From Lachnospirales bacterium (lineage in GTDB: Bacteria > Bacillota > Clostridia > Lachnospirales > CAMZNU01), in contig JBKECF010000029.1 in NCBI GenBank assembly GCA_047974375.1, forward strand, positions 4,099 to 68,098: 64,000 nt of DNA. The letters run 5' to 3'. Shown here piece after piece: positions 10,795 to 21,570 of the stretch. Both the position numbers and the translations under genes were made by a program. Under the pieces are notes generated by a model. The model was not told the origin of the DNA. It ran no database searches and saw only the letters and a program-made list of their open reading frames with translations. Position 1 is the stretch's first letter; each line of letters opens with the position of its first letter.

Positions 10795-11404
10795 TTTCCT
10801 CGATTATTTTGTTTATTTCATCTTCACTTAAAGTTCTTTTAAGTTTAATACCCTTTTCGGATATTTTTTGTAAAATTTTTTTGCGACTTATGGGGTTTTT
10901 TATTTTATTCCTTATTTGATTTCTTACTTCCCCTAGTTGATCTGTCAAATTTCCATAAAAATCTGGAATTATATTCTCTATGTTATTTCGCATGTTACTG
11001 GCCATAATTGGGCTTTTACCAGAGGTTGTAATGCCTGTTATAATATTATTTTTCTTTACAATTGCTGGGAATAAAAAGTTGCATTTTTTCATATTATCGG
11101 CGGCGTTAATTAATATATTTTTTTCCTTGCATGCTTTATATATTGTGTTATTTACTTGTTTATCGTTGGTAGCGCATATTACAAAAAAATAATCATTTTG
11201 CAAATCTTCTATGGTTATGGGTTTTTTTATAATATTTATTTTATTTTTAAGTTTATACAATTCTGGGCAAACTTTTTTAGTAATAAGGTGGATTTCAACT
11301 TCGAATTCAAGTAGTGTTGTTATTTTTCTATAAGCAACTTTACCACCACCAATTACTAAACATTTTTTGTCTTTTACATCTATAAAAAAAGGGAAATATG
11401 CCAT
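10778..11404 (-). CDS. Precorrin-2 dehydrogenase / sirohydrochlorin ferrochelatase (SirC/Met8p, CysG N-terminal type)
   Basis: YFPFFIDV, VIGGGKVAYRK, NAAD..CNFLFP and TSGKSP. Confidence 0.88.
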   Translation of the reverse strand: MAYFPFFIDVKDKKCLVIGGGKVAYRKITTLLEFEVEIHLITKKVCPELYKLKNKINIIKKPITIEDLQNDYFFVICATNDKQVNNTIYKACKEKNILINAADNMKKCNFLFPAIVKKNNIITGITTSGKSPIMASNMRNNIENIIPDFYGNLTDQLGEVRNQIRNKIKNPISRKKILQKISEKGIKLKRTLSEDEINKIIEENENNE

Positions 11405-11410
11405 GGTACC

Positions 11411-12547
11411 TCACTTTGTCAATTTAGAAAAACTATTTAATATAGTAGCTAATTCCTCACTAGTTGAGTTATCTCGAATGTTATATAAAATATTTTCAAA
11501 CTTAGTTGTTTTAAATACATTTTTAATCTCATCTAGTTTATCTATATAATTATGAAAACATAGTTCTTTTAAAACTTCCTCTATTTGTTCATCTATTATT
11601 ATAGTGGCATATTCGACTTCTTTAAAACGTGAGGCGTTGTTTTTATTTGCAATACTTTTAAAAAAATCTATATTGTAAATTTTTGTTTCATGTATATTTG
11701 CTATTTCTGTGTCAATATCTTTTGGCACAGACAAGTCAATAAAAATCCTTTTCTTCTTTGTAGTTATATAGCCTTCTACTTCGTTTTTTACTAAAGTGTA
11801 GTGGGGGCTTTTAGTTGCGCTAATTATATAGTCTGACTCGTTTATATATTTATACCTGTCTTTATATTCTATCATTTTTATTTTTTCATAATTTGATTTA
11901 TATTGCAAAATGATGTTGTGTTGTCTAGCTGTTCCCACAATATATATATTATGCTCGTATAAGTTTTTTAAAATTTTAGTACCCATTTGACCTGTTAAGC
12001 CTATTATTAATACTTTTGATGGAAGCTCTTTTTTTCCTTCTAAAACTATATTTGCAGCTAAAGTTGCAATAGACAATGGAATTTTAGATATTTTTGTATT
12101 AGTTTTAATTTTTTTTGCACAAGTAATGGCACTTTTAAATAATGTATTTAAAAGATATTTTGTTGTGCCTAGGTTTAAAGCTAAGTTAAAAGCATTTTTT
12201 ACTTGGCCTAATATTTCGTCTTCACCAATTATCATTGATTCCAAACCGCAAGTTACATTATGCAAATGTTTTATGGCTTTGTTATTTTCATACGACAAAA
12301 AGTATTTTTTAATATTTGGATTTTCAGGAACTAAGTTAACTATCATTTTTTCTATTATACTAGTGGCCTTTTCATTACCATGGAAGTATATTTCTGTTCT
12401 ATTGCAGGTAGTTAAGTAAAGGCACTCATCAATATATTTATTTTCAGTTGCTTCTAACAAAAATTGTTTTTGTTTTTCTTCTGTTAAAGCAAATTGTTCC
12501 CTTATTTCTAGAGGCACAAATTTATGGCTAATACTTAAAATTTTCAA
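11411..12547 (-). CDS. hemA: Glutamyl-tRNA reductase (TTG start)
   Basis: LTTCNRTEIY, GLESMIIGEDEILGQVK, SATKSPH and DLSVPKDID. Confidence 0.93.
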   Translation of the reverse strand: MKILSISHKFVPLEIREQFALTEEKQKQFLLEATENKYIDECLYLTTCNRTEIYFHGNEKATSIIEKMIVNLVPENPNIKKYFLSYENNKAIKHLHNVTCGLESMIIGEDEILGQVKNAFNLALNLGTTKYLLNTLFKSAITCAKKIKTNTKISKIPLSIATLAANIVLEGKKELPSKVLIIGLTGQMGTKILKNLYEHNIYIVGTARQHNIILQYKSNYEKIKMIEYKDRYKYINESDYIISATKSPHYTLVKNEVEGYITTKKKRIFIDLSVPKDIDTEIANIHETKIYNIDFFKSIANKNNASRFKEVEYATIIIDEQIEEVLKELCFHNYIDKLDEIKNVFKTTKFENILYNIRDNSTSEELATILNSFSKLTK

Positions 12548-12571
12548 AATTAGTCCTTTCCTTTTACAATA

Positions 12572-13882
12572 CTATTTAGGCTGGTTTCTAAGTAAAAACC
12601 ACCTTAAAAAAAGTAAACAAGTAGAAATTGCTCTAAGAAAAGCAAAAATTAAAAAAGTAGATTGCAATCCGTTTAAATCCCCACCTAATTTATTATATAT
12701 GGTAATGCCAATAATTGGCATAAAAGCATTTGTAAGAACTGTTGTCATTGTATAGAAGGCTATGCTCATAGATTTATTTTTCTCTGGCAATACTTGTAAT
12801 AAACATTGTATAAAGCAAAGACCAATAGTTGCAGCTGCAAAGTTTGCTATTGGATTAAATACTAAAAAAGCATATCGCCCAATTTCTGGAGGAATATGAA
12901 GTAGGGTAAACATTATAGTACTTGATATAGTCCAGCCAACGCCTGCCATTATTATAGTAAACCTAACGCCTTTTCTCTCATTTACTTTACTCCAAAACTT
13001 AAGAGATATAAGTTGAACTATGGATGATAGCACTATATCTATACTTAGCATTGCCTCATTTAATCCCAAATATTGGGTTCTTGCAACAAAATGAACAGTC
13101 CAATCAATTTGCCATGACATATAAAAACATATTACTGTAACCATAAAAAACAAAAAGCCTTTATTATGTGAAAGGGCATGTATTGTTTCTTTAATTTGTG
13201 CAAGAGGTTTTTGTGTTGACTTAATTACAGTTACGGAACTATCATCAACTTTATAAAGTGTACGCACTTGTATAATAGAAAAAACAAAAACTAAAAAATA
13301 AAAAATTTGGTGAACAATTATTTTGCCATCATTAGTTTTTATACTAGACAACAATATACCTGTAATAAGAGGAATGGTCATACCCATAAGGAGCGAACCA
13401 CGAGTTCTTATTGTTAGGGATTTATTTCGGTATCCTAAAGGCATTACGTCTGAAAAATAAGATTGCCATGAACTATTGTAAATAGTAACAAAGCCCGCGC
13501 TTATAGATAGCATACCGACAAAAATCCAAAATCTGTTAGTTCCCATAAATGGAACAAAAACATTTACTAAGTATACAATGCCCACCATTAACATTGAAAA
13601 TGCCACTACAGGTCTTTTGCTTTTTAGTCTGTCGGTAACTATTCCTCCTGGAAGGAGCATAGCCATAGCAACGAATTGTGGAATACTCATAAGTATAGAA
13701 AGTTGTGTATCTGTTGCTCCCAGTCTTTGGGCAAATAAATTATTATTATTGTTGTATAAATTAACTAAAATTGCAAGAATTGTTCCTTCAAGTGCAAAAT
13801 AATAAATATTCCTTCTTAATTTGTTAACGAACATTCTGCCATGTAACCATTTGTATTTTTCGATTGTCTTTTTTAGATTCAT
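12572..13882 (-). CDS. MFS transporter
   Basis: About 12 hydrophobic segments; GGIVTDRLKSKR loop motif. Confidence 0.8.
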   Translation of the reverse strand: MNLKKTIEKYKWLHGRMFVNKLRRNIYYFALEGTILAILVNLYNNNNNLFAQRLGATDTQLSILMSIPQFVAMAMLLPGGIVTDRLKSKRPVVAFSMLMVGIVYLVNVFVPFMGTNRFWIFVGMLSISAGFVTIYNSSWQSYFSDVMPLGYRNKSLTIRTRGSLLMGMTIPLITGILLSSIKTNDGKIIVHQIFYFLVFVFSIIQVRTLYKVDDSSVTVIKSTQKPLAQIKETIHALSHNKGFLFFMVTVICFYMSWQIDWTVHFVARTQYLGLNEAMLSIDIVLSSIVQLISLKFWSKVNERKGVRFTIIMAGVGWTISSTIMFTLLHIPPEIGRYAFLVFNPIANFAAATIGLCFIQCLLQVLPEKNKSMSIAFYTMTTVLTNAFMPIIGITIYNKLGGDLNGLQSTFLIFAFLRAISTCLLFLRWFLLRNQPK

Positions 13883-14198
13883 ACAAACTCCTTTAAGTTT
13901 TAGTAGTGAACAAAATCAATATATTAATTTGATTATAGCAACTTAATATATTGATGTATATAAGTACATAAAAAAAACTGTATAAATATATTTTCGTATT
14001 TTGTCTACTTTATTTAATTAGAAGTGGAAAAATTTCTTTAGTTAAATATTAAACAAAAAACAATTTTTTTTTACTTAAAAACAAGTTGTTTTTGATGTTG
14101 TTTTTATATTTTAAAAAACATATCATATCAACAGAAATAAAAGTACATGAAACTTATTTTTTTAAAACTTGCATTAATTATTTTTATAAGGAGGATCT

Positions 14199-17100
14199 AT
14201 GTTTTTAGAGTTGGAAAAATGGACAAGAAGAGTAGAGGAAATAAAAAATTATATCTATAAAGAAATTAAGCCCATAGAAAATTTTATTGCAATGGAAGAT
14301 ACAGAGGAAGAAATTTTTAAAGATGTGCCAGATTTTAAAGATACATATACTTTAAGTGTAGGGGATACTTGGGTAGGAAGAGATAGATATGTGTGGCTTA
14401 CAAAGGAAATTGATGTTCCTACTAGTTGGAAAGATAAAATTATTTTAGGTTGTTTCGATTTTGGCAAAACTGGTGGTGGAACAAATTCAGGATTTGAATC
14501 CTTAGTTTATTTAAATGGCAAGGCGTATCAAGGTATGGATATGAATCATAAGGAGATTTTTATACCTAATGAACTTTGTGGCACTACTATAAATTTAACT
14601 TTTCGACTGTGGTCAGGTTTGGAAGGTGGAGGAGTTAGAACTGAGCAAGAGCATAAAATTAAAGATGCCAAACTTTGTATATTAGATAAAAAAACAGATG
14701 ATTTTTATTACAACACTAAAATAGTATTAGACACAATAAAAATTTTAGATGTAAATAGCGAGGAATATGTAGACTTATGTAAAATATTAGGTAAAGCTTT
14801 TAATATACTTAATTGGAGAAACAAAGGTTCAGAAGAATTTTATACAAGTATACATGAAGCTAATATTTTTATAGAACAGGAACTTGATAAATTCCAAAAG
14901 AAAACGGATATAACAATTACATGCGTAGGTCATACTCATATAGATGTGGCATGGCTATGGCGTTTAAAACATACAAGAGAAAAAGCTATTCGTTCTTTTT
15001 CTACAGTTCTTAGACTTATGGAGAAGTACCCAGACTATATATTTTTACAAAGTCAACCACAACTTTATGAATATATTAAAAATGACCATCCTCAGTTATT
15101 TGAAGAAATTAAGGAAAAAGTTAAAGAAGGCAGATGGGAAGTTGACGGTGCTATGTGGCTAGAAGCTGATTGCAACGTTATTTCTGGGGAATCTATGGTA
15201 AGGCAAATCCTTGTAGGAACAAATTTCGTAAAAGAAAATTTTGGCACAGACATGAGCTACTTGTGGTTACCAGATGTATTTGGTTATTCATGGGCAATGC
15301 CACAAATACTAAAAAAATCTAATATAAAAACTTTTGCTACAACTAAAATAAGTTGGAACCAATACAATAGAATGCCTAATGATACTTTTTATTGGAAAGG
15401 TATAGATGGAACAGAAATATTAACATATTTTATAACAACTCCAGAAACTGGCTTTAGCGATACAAGTTTTTTTGCAACCTACAATGGTAAAGTTACACCA
15501 AGAACTGTTTCAGGTGCATGGAAAGCTTATAGAGATAAAAAAATAAATAAAGATTTGCTAATTTCCTACGGTTATGGCGATGGCGGTGGTGGAGTAAGTA
15601 GGGATATGTTGGAACATATTAATAAAATAGATAAAATACCTTCTTTGCCAAATATTAAAACAGGTAAGGCAAGAGATTTTTTTGAAAAAGTGCATAAAGC
15701 TGTAGAATCTACAGAAGAATATGTACACACATGGGATGGCGAATTATATTTAGAGTACCATAGAGGAACATACACAACTCAAGGTTACAATAAAAAAATG
15801 AACAGAAAGCTAGAGCTTCTATACAGAAATACTGAAATGTTAAAAACTATGGAAGCTTTAAGTGGTGGTTGGAATGGATACCCTGGCAAAGAACTTTTGG
15901 AGGGTTGGAAAATAATTTTAAGAAACCAATTCCACGACATTATACCAGGATCTTCCATAAGAGAAGTATATGAGGACTCTACAATTGAATATGCACAGTG
16001 CGAGGAAATAGCTACAAAGGAAAGAAATTCTGCCCTTAAGGTTTTAGGAAGTGAAAAAAATAATAGTTATGCTATTTTTAATTCATCAAATTGGGAATAT
16101 TCTGCGCCAGTGCACATATATGATAACTTCCAAAAAATGGGCAATTGGTATGTAGATGGAAAAATAACAAGTTCCCAAAAAATAAATGACCATTGGGAAG
16201 TGTATGTAGATAAAATAAAGCCTACTAGTTTTAAAAACTTTACTTTTATTGAAGAAAGCAGAGATTATAAAGTTGAGTCACCAGATGAAATAGAAACAAA
16301 TATTTACAAAATTAAATGGAACGAAGTAGGTCAACTTACTTCAATTTATGATAAAGAATGCCATAGGGAGGTTTTAAGTAATAAAGGTAATATACTACAA
16401 ATATTTGAGGATAAGCCTATTAATTTTGACGCATGGGATATTGATATTTTCTATCAAGAAAAAATGCGAGAAATAAATGACTTAATAAGTATAGAAGTCG
16501 AAAAAGGCGATTTATGTCATGTTGTTAATTTTAAATGGAAATATGATAAATCCACAATAGAACAAACTATGGTTGTATATAATACTTCCAGAAAAATTGA
16601 ATTTAGAACAAAAGTAGATTGGCATCAAAGGCAAGAGCTTATGAAGGTAGCTTTTAATGTAGATGTAAGAGCAACAGAGGCAACTTATCAAATTCAATAT
16701 GGTAATGTAAAACGCAAAACTAATTGGAATACAAGTTGGGACTATGCCAAGTTTGAAAGCTGTGCACACCAGTGGGCGGATATTTCTGAAAAGAATTATG
16801 GTATTGCTTTAATGAACGACTGTAAATATGGATATGACATAAAGGATAGTACCTTAAGAATGTCATTGTTAAAATCCTCCATTGAGCCGGATACAGAAGC
16901 TGACCAAGGGGAACATGAATTTGTTTATGCTATTTATCCACACGAAAAAGATTTTGTTGATGGTAAAGTGGAACAAGAAGCTTGGAGCTTAAACGAAAAG
17001 TTTATAGCTGTAGAGGGTGAATATGAAGAAAAATCTCTTTTAATAATAGAAAATGAAAATATAGTTTTAGATAGTATTAAAAAGGCGGAAAACGAAGATG

Positions 17101-17285
17101 TTGTTATTGTGCGTTTCCATGAGTACACAGGCGGAAGACAAAAAGTAAAAATAAATACAGGCTTCAAAGTAAAAAAATGGGCGGAAAGCGATTTAATAGA
17201 AAACCCTATAGAGCCTTTAAAAGATTGCGAAATTGAATTGGAAGTAAAACCTTATGAAATAAAAACATTATATATTCAAGTTTAA
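14199..17285 (+). CDS. GH38 alpha-mannosidase (cytoplasmic, 2C1-like)
   Basis: GHTHIDVAWLW, WLPDVFGYS, GELYLEYHRGTYT and NQFHDIIPGSSI. Confidence 0.93.
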   Translation: MFLELEKWTRRVEEIKNYIYKEIKPIENFIAMEDTEEEIFKDVPDFKDTYTLSVGDTWVGRDRYVWLTKEIDVPTSWKDKIILGCFDFGKTGGGTNSGFESLVYLNGKAYQGMDMNHKEIFIPNELCGTTINLTFRLWSGLEGGGVRTEQEHKIKDAKLCILDKKTDDFYYNTKIVLDTIKILDVNSEEYVDLCKILGKAFNILNWRNKGSEEFYTSIHEANIFIEQELDKFQKKTDITITCVGHTHIDVAWLWRLKHTREKAIRSFSTVLRLMEKYPDYIFLQSQPQLYEYIKNDHPQLFEEIKEKVKEGRWEVDGAMWLEADCNVISGESMVRQILVGTNFVKENFGTDMSYLWLPDVFGYSWAMPQILKKSNIKTFATTKISWNQYNRMPNDTFYWKGIDGTEILTYFITTPETGFSDTSFFATYNGKVTPRTVSGAWKAYRDKKINKDLLISYGYGDGGGGVSRDMLEHINKIDKIPSLPNIKTGKARDFFEKVHKAVESTEEYVHTWDGELYLEYHRGTYTTQGYNKKMNRKLELLYRNTEMLKTMEALSGGWNGYPGKELLEGWKIILRNQFHDIIPGSSIREVYEDSTIEYAQCEEIATKERNSALKVLGSEKNNSYAIFNSSNWEYSAPVHIYDNFQKMGNWYVDGKITSSQKINDHWEVYVDKIKPTSFKNFTFIEESRDYKVESPDEIETNIYKIKWNEVGQLTSIYDKECHREVLSNKGNILQIFEDKPINFDAWDIDIFYQEKMREINDLISIEVEKGDLCHVVNFKWKYDKSTIEQTMVVYNTSRKIEFRTKVDWHQRQELMKVAFNVDVRATEATYQIQYGNVKRKTNWNTSWDYAKFESCAHQWADISEKNYGIALMNDCKYGYDIKDSTLRMSLLKSSIEPDTEADQGEHEFVYAIYPHEKDFVDGKVEQEAWSLNEKFIAVEGEYEEKSLLIIENENIVLDSIKKAENEDVVIVRFHEYTGGRQKVKINTGFKVKKWAESDLIENPIEPLKDCEIELEVKPYEIKTLYIQV

Positions 17286-17295
17286 AAAATAAAAT

Positions 17296-17320
17296 GGAAC
17301 TTTAGTAAAATTTAACCGTT
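17296..17320 (+). promoter_or_regulatory. Putative ECF-sigma promoter
   Basis: GGAAC, 16 nt, CGTT, located about 40 nt upstream of the ATG at 17358. Confidence 0.45.
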
Positions 17321-17357
17321 ATATAAGAAACAGAAAAAATTATCTATGGAGGAAATT

Positions 17358-18374
17358 ATGAAAAAATTAGTAACATTAACATTACTTGCAGCTATGTCAA
17401 CATCAACATTGGTTATGGCAGAAGGCGTAACGGCAGTTGCTACACCTAACTTACTTATTTCAAGTAATGAGAATAATTTGGTGCCAGCACGTGAGTTCGG
17501 CGAAGGTGCAGGGTATAATGTAAAATGGGACGGTAAATTACGTTCAATTACTTTTGAAAAAGAAGATGGTACTTACACTGCTTACTTAGATTCAAATGTA
17601 TATGATGTAAAAGGTGAGGAAGTTACTTTAGAGGATGAAACTGTGCTTAAGGAAGATATGGCATACATACCAAATAGCTTTAAAGATATACTTGTAGAGC
17701 CAAAGTCAACTCCTCTTATACCTCTTGAGTCAATTCCAACAGAAGAACTGGCTACATTGCCACTTGCGCCATTAGTACCATCGGAACCAGCTGAAGCAAC
17801 AACAGCACCTGTAGAAAAAATAGAAGATGCTATTATGGATGTAGATGCTGCTGAGAAAATATGTGAAACAGTTAATTTGAAAATGGAAGAGTTAACTAAG
17901 GAACAAGTAAAAGCTAACGAGGAGTACAAAACGGCATATTTAGAAACAGGAGGCACAATAGAAGAATATAAAGAGCCAAGTTATGAAGTTGGATATGAAA
18001 TTTTAGAACAAAACGAAGATTATATCTCTGTAAAAGTTTATAGATATCAAGCTTTAGCTTCCTCTTTTACAGAGGAAATATATTATAATTTTAATTCAAA
18101 AACTAGCGAAATAATAAAATTAGAAGATGTGCTAGGTTCAAAGTATGCTGAGTATGTAAAAGAATCTGTACTAATGATGGCGGCAAATAGAGAAGAAAAA
18201 GATTCAGAGAAATATAATTATGATGAAACTTTGTTAGAAGACTTAGTAATAGATGAAAATACATCTTTTTATTTAAATAAAGATGGAAATGTAGTTGTAG
18301 TATTTGATAAATACGAAATAGCTGCAGGTGCTTATGGAGCACAGGAGTTTATAATTCCAAGTGTAACTAAATAA
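17358..18374 (+). CDS. Secreted protein: copper-amine-oxidase N-terminal (stalk)-like domain, Pro-rich linker, RsiV/PdaC-like (DUF4163/DUF3298) domain
   Basis: Signal peptide; LVPAREFGEGAGYNVKWD; C-terminal FYLNKDGNVVVVFDKYEIAAGAYGAQEFII. Confidence 0.72.
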   Translation: MKKLVTLTLLAAMSTSTLVMAEGVTAVATPNLLISSNENNLVPAREFGEGAGYNVKWDGKLRSITFEKEDGTYTAYLDSNVYDVKGEEVTLEDETVLKEDMAYIPNSFKDILVEPKSTPLIPLESIPTEELATLPLAPLVPSEPAEATTAPVEKIEDAIMDVDAAEKICETVNLKMEELTKEQVKANEEYKTAYLETGGTIEEYKEPSYEVGYEILEQNEDYISVKVYRYQALASSFTEEIYYNFNSKTSEIIKLEDVLGSKYAEYVKESVLMMAANREEKDSEKYNYDETLLEDLVIDENTSFYLNKDGNVVVVFDKYEIAAGAYGAQEFIIPSVTK

Positions 18375-18389
18375 TATCATTTCCAATAA

Positions 18390-18438
18390 AAAACCCCACC
18401 TTACATAAAGTCAAAAACTTTATGTAAGGTGGGGTTTT
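18390..18438 (+). terminator. Intrinsic terminator with a 22-bp stem
   Basis: AAAACCCCACCTTACATAAAGT-CAAAA-ACTTTATGTAAGGTGGGGTTTT. Confidence 0.75.
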
Positions 18439-18517
18439 GATTTAAAGAAAATAGATTTTTAGATAAAAACATGCTATAATCCTTGGAGAAATAAATAAAA
18501 TATAAATGAGGTATAAT

Positions 18518-19270
18518 ATGAAAAAAATATTAAGATCGTTATATTGGTATGTAGGTTTTTATTTTGGTCTAGTCTGGCATTATCCGCAGATTATGGGATA
18601 TAAAAAAAAGCAAAAGGGAATGACTCTAGAGGAGTTTGATTGGCATGTTTACTATGGGGTTTCCAGTTGGGCCAATGGTTTAGTTCGACGAGCTGCAGCT
18701 AATGTAATATTGGAGGGCAATAGAAATTATCCAGATGGTCCTGTTTTATTTGTAAGTAACCATCAAAGTAATTTAGATAATGCAGTTATAATGAAGTATG
18801 TGGAAAAACCAAAAGGCTTTGTTTCTAAATTATCCATTAGAAAATCGCCAATACTTGGTACATGGATGGTTTGGATGAATTCTCTTTTTATAAATAGAGA
18901 AGACCCAAAAAAAGCTGGCAAGTCACTTTTAAAAGGGGTAGAAACTTTAAAAGAAGGACATTCCCTTGTTATATACCCAACGGGAACTAGAACTAAGTCC
19001 AATGAAATTGGGGAGTTTAAAGGTGGTGCTTTTTTAATGGCAACAAAGGCCAAAGTTCCAATTATACCTATTACTCTGTATGATACTCATATGCTTTGTG
19101 AGGGAAATGGTAATTTTATTGTTCCTCGTACTGTTAGAATTTTTATTCACGATCCAATAGAAACAAAGGATTTAACAAAAGCTGAGGGGAAAGAACTTCC
19201 AAACATTGTTCATAAACTTATGGAAGAAAAAGTTAAAGAGTTTGACTTGGAAAAAGCGTTAGAAAACTAA
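18518..19270 (+). CDS. plsC: 1-acyl-sn-glycerol-3-phosphate acyltransferase
   Basis: NHQSNLD (HX4D), FINR, YPTGTR and VPIIP. Confidence 0.85.
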   Translation: MKKILRSLYWYVGFYFGLVWHYPQIMGYKKKQKGMTLEEFDWHVYYGVSSWANGLVRRAAANVILEGNRNYPDGPVLFVSNHQSNLDNAVIMKYVEKPKGFVSKLSIRKSPILGTWMVWMNSLFINREDPKKAGKSLLKGVETLKEGHSLVIYPTGTRTKSNEIGEFKGGAFLMATKAKVPIIPITLYDTHMLCEGNGNFIVPRTVRIFIHDPIETKDLTKAEGKELPNIVHKLMEEKVKEFDLEKALEN

Positions 19271-19323
19271 ATTGTTGCACTGTCCTAAAGTATATCTTTT
19301 GGGCAGTTTTTTTAAGGAGAAAT

Positions 19324-20091
19324 ATGAAAGGAATACTAATTTACAATAAAGAGGATTATGAATTAAATGTAACTTTTGGAAAATGGCTTATTGATGAGTT
19401 CGGTGCCCTGGGCGTTGAGCTAAAAGTTGTTTTTACGGAAAATATTTATAATATGGATTTTGATTTTGCTATAAATAGAAGCCGTAATATAGATATAAGT
19501 TTGCTGTGTCAATTAAATAATATACCAGTTTTTAACAATTCCCAAATAACTCTTTTAGGAAATAATAAACTAATGGCATATAATTATGCAAAAATACTAG
19601 GATTAAATATTTTACCTGTACTTTTAAAAGATGAAGAACAAATGATAGCCAAACCAAACCACGGCCATGGAGGTGAAGGCATAAGACTAGTAAATAAAAT
19701 AAACCACGGTCTAATTTACCAGCAATACAAGAAAATAATAGGTGATGTAAGGTTTTATATAATTAATAATGAATTAATTGCCAGTGTAATACGAACAAAT
19801 AGCAATTCTATAGTAAGCAATTTTTCTAAAGGTGGAAATGTTGAAGTTTACAAGCCTACTGGAGATGAGTTAGCTATATTAAATACATTTAAAAGTCAGT
19901 TAGACATAGATTATTGCGGCATAGATTTTTTAAAAACAGAAGACGATTTTTATTTCAATGAAATAGAAGATGTTGTTGGAAGTAGAATGCTAAGTCACTT
20001 AAAAATGAATAATACAGGAACGTTATTTGCAAAACATATTTATAATAAGCTAAATACAAGGCTAAATATATATAATGAAACTAAAAAATGA
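19324..20091 (+). CDS. RimK-like ATP-grasp ligase
   Basis: KPNHGHGGEGI, DVRFY, SNFSKGG, GIDF and FNEIEDVVG. Confidence 0.78.
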   Translation: MKGILIYNKEDYELNVTFGKWLIDEFGALGVELKVVFTENIYNMDFDFAINRSRNIDISLLCQLNNIPVFNNSQITLLGNNKLMAYNYAKILGLNILPVLLKDEEQMIAKPNHGHGGEGIRLVNKINHGLIYQQYKKIIGDVRFYIINNELIASVIRTNSNSIVSNFSKGGNVEVYKPTGDELAILNTFKSQLDIDYCGIDFLKTEDDFYFNEIEDVVGSRMLSHLKMNNTGTLFAKHIYNKLNTRLNIYNETKK

Positions 20092-20218
20092 ATTTAAATC
20101 AAAAAAAAGTGCATAAATTTGTATAAAATGGTTGACCGTTCTACTTCTAACCTATATAATAAATTTCATCAAGATTTTAAAAAGATATAAAATGATTCCA
20201 AAAAAGAGGAGAAAAATA

Positions 20219-21412
20219 ATGAAATTTAAGAAAATAGGAAGTTTAGCAATTGCAAGTTTTGTGGCGGTAACATTCACGGCGTGCTCGGGTGGGGCAACTG
20301 CTGGAGGCGATGCACCTAGCGAAAATACTAGTAAAAGCGAGGCAAGTGACACATCGGCAGATGCAGAGGCAAGTACTGGTACAGAAACAATAAAAATAGG
20401 TAGTGTAGGACCTTTAACAGGACCAAATGCTCAATATGGTAACGAAACATTTAATGGTGTTAATTTAGCTTTCGAAGAAAGCGGATTAGATGTTGAATTT
20501 ATTACTTATGATGATAAGGCAGATCCTGCCGAAGCAACAAATCTTTACCAAAGGTTAGTAAGTAATGATGGAGTAAATTTATTTTTAGGTGCAGTAACTT
20601 CCGGTTCTACGGCAGCTGTAGCTAGTGCATCACAAGCTGACGGCATACCTGTTCTTTCACCAACAGCAACTCAAGATGATGTAACTTTATTAGGTGACAA
20701 TGTTTTTAGAGCTTGTTTTAAGGATTCATTCCAAGGTGAAGTATTAGCTAAATATGCTTTTGAAGAATTAGGAATAACTTCCACAGCTGTTTTATATAAC
20801 AATGCATTAGACTATTCAACAGGATTAGCAGAAGCTTTTGAAACTACTTTTGTAAGCCTTGGCGGTGAAGTAGTTGCATCTGAATCTTATTCTGATACGG
20901 ACGTTGATTTTAAAACACAACTTAATGGTATTGCGGCGAAAGAGCCCCAAGCGCTTTTCTTGCCAGACTATTACGAAAAAATCGCTTTATTAGGTAAGCA
21001 AGTACATGACTTAGGTATGGATGTTACATTATTAGGTGCTGATGGTTGGATAGGTGTTATGGATGTTGTAGAAGACCCTGCTTATTTAAATGGTGCATAT
21101 GTAGTTAATAACTTTTCAACAGAAGATGAAACTCCAATTGTACAAGAGTTTATAGCAAACTATACAGAAAAATATGGTGTTGCTCCTACAGGATTTTCTG
21201 CTTCTGGTTACGATGCAGCTAAAATCGCTTTAGATGCAATAGAGCGTGCAGGTAGCACAGATTATGACGCAATTATTAATGCCCTTAAAGAAACGAACAT
21301 TGATTCTGTAGGTGGTAATATTACATTTGACGAAAATGGTGATCCATTAAAAGGTGCTCTTATTTTAGAAGTAATAGATGGTACTATGACATTAGTAAAT
21401 AAAACTAACTAG
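20219..21412 (+). CDS. livK: Branched-chain amino acid ABC transporter substrate-binding lipoprotein
   Basis: Lipobox FTAC, KIGSVGPLTG and FRACFKDSFQG; ATG at 20219 after GAGGAG. Confidence 0.9.
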   Translation: MKFKKIGSLAIASFVAVTFTACSGGATAGGDAPSENTSKSEASDTSADAEASTGTETIKIGSVGPLTGPNAQYGNETFNGVNLAFEESGLDVEFITYDDKADPAEATNLYQRLVSNDGVNLFLGAVTSGSTAAVASASQADGIPVLSPTATQDDVTLLGDNVFRACFKDSFQGEVLAKYAFEELGITSTAVLYNNALDYSTGLAEAFETTFVSLGGEVVASESYSDTDVDFKTQLNGIAAKEPQALFLPDYYEKIALLGKQVHDLGMDVTLLGADGWIGVMDVVEDPAYLNGAYVVNNFSTEDETPIVQEFIANYTEKYGVAPTGFSASGYDAAKIALDAIERAGSTDYDAIINALKETNIDSVGGNITFDENGDPLKGALILEVIDGTMTLVNKTN

Positions 21413-21570
21413 TCTATCTTGAATAATTTACAATTTAATAAGTTTGGCTTATTAGGGATTACTTGTACATAACAGTCTTATATAGTATAGATAGGTTGTC
21501 TTTTAATGATTTTTCATTTTGGACAACCTTGTTTGTTTGTGTACAAAAAAATAAAAATATGGAGGTAATT

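Noticed and set aside
6198-12547. hem/siroheme operon as a novel pathway
   Set aside because: The gene set, order and CobA-HemD fusion are standard for clostridia.
19270-20218. ATP-grasp gene as a RiPP (graspetide) cluster
   Set aside because: No precursor peptide, peptidase or exporter nearby; the neighbours are plsC and liv genes.
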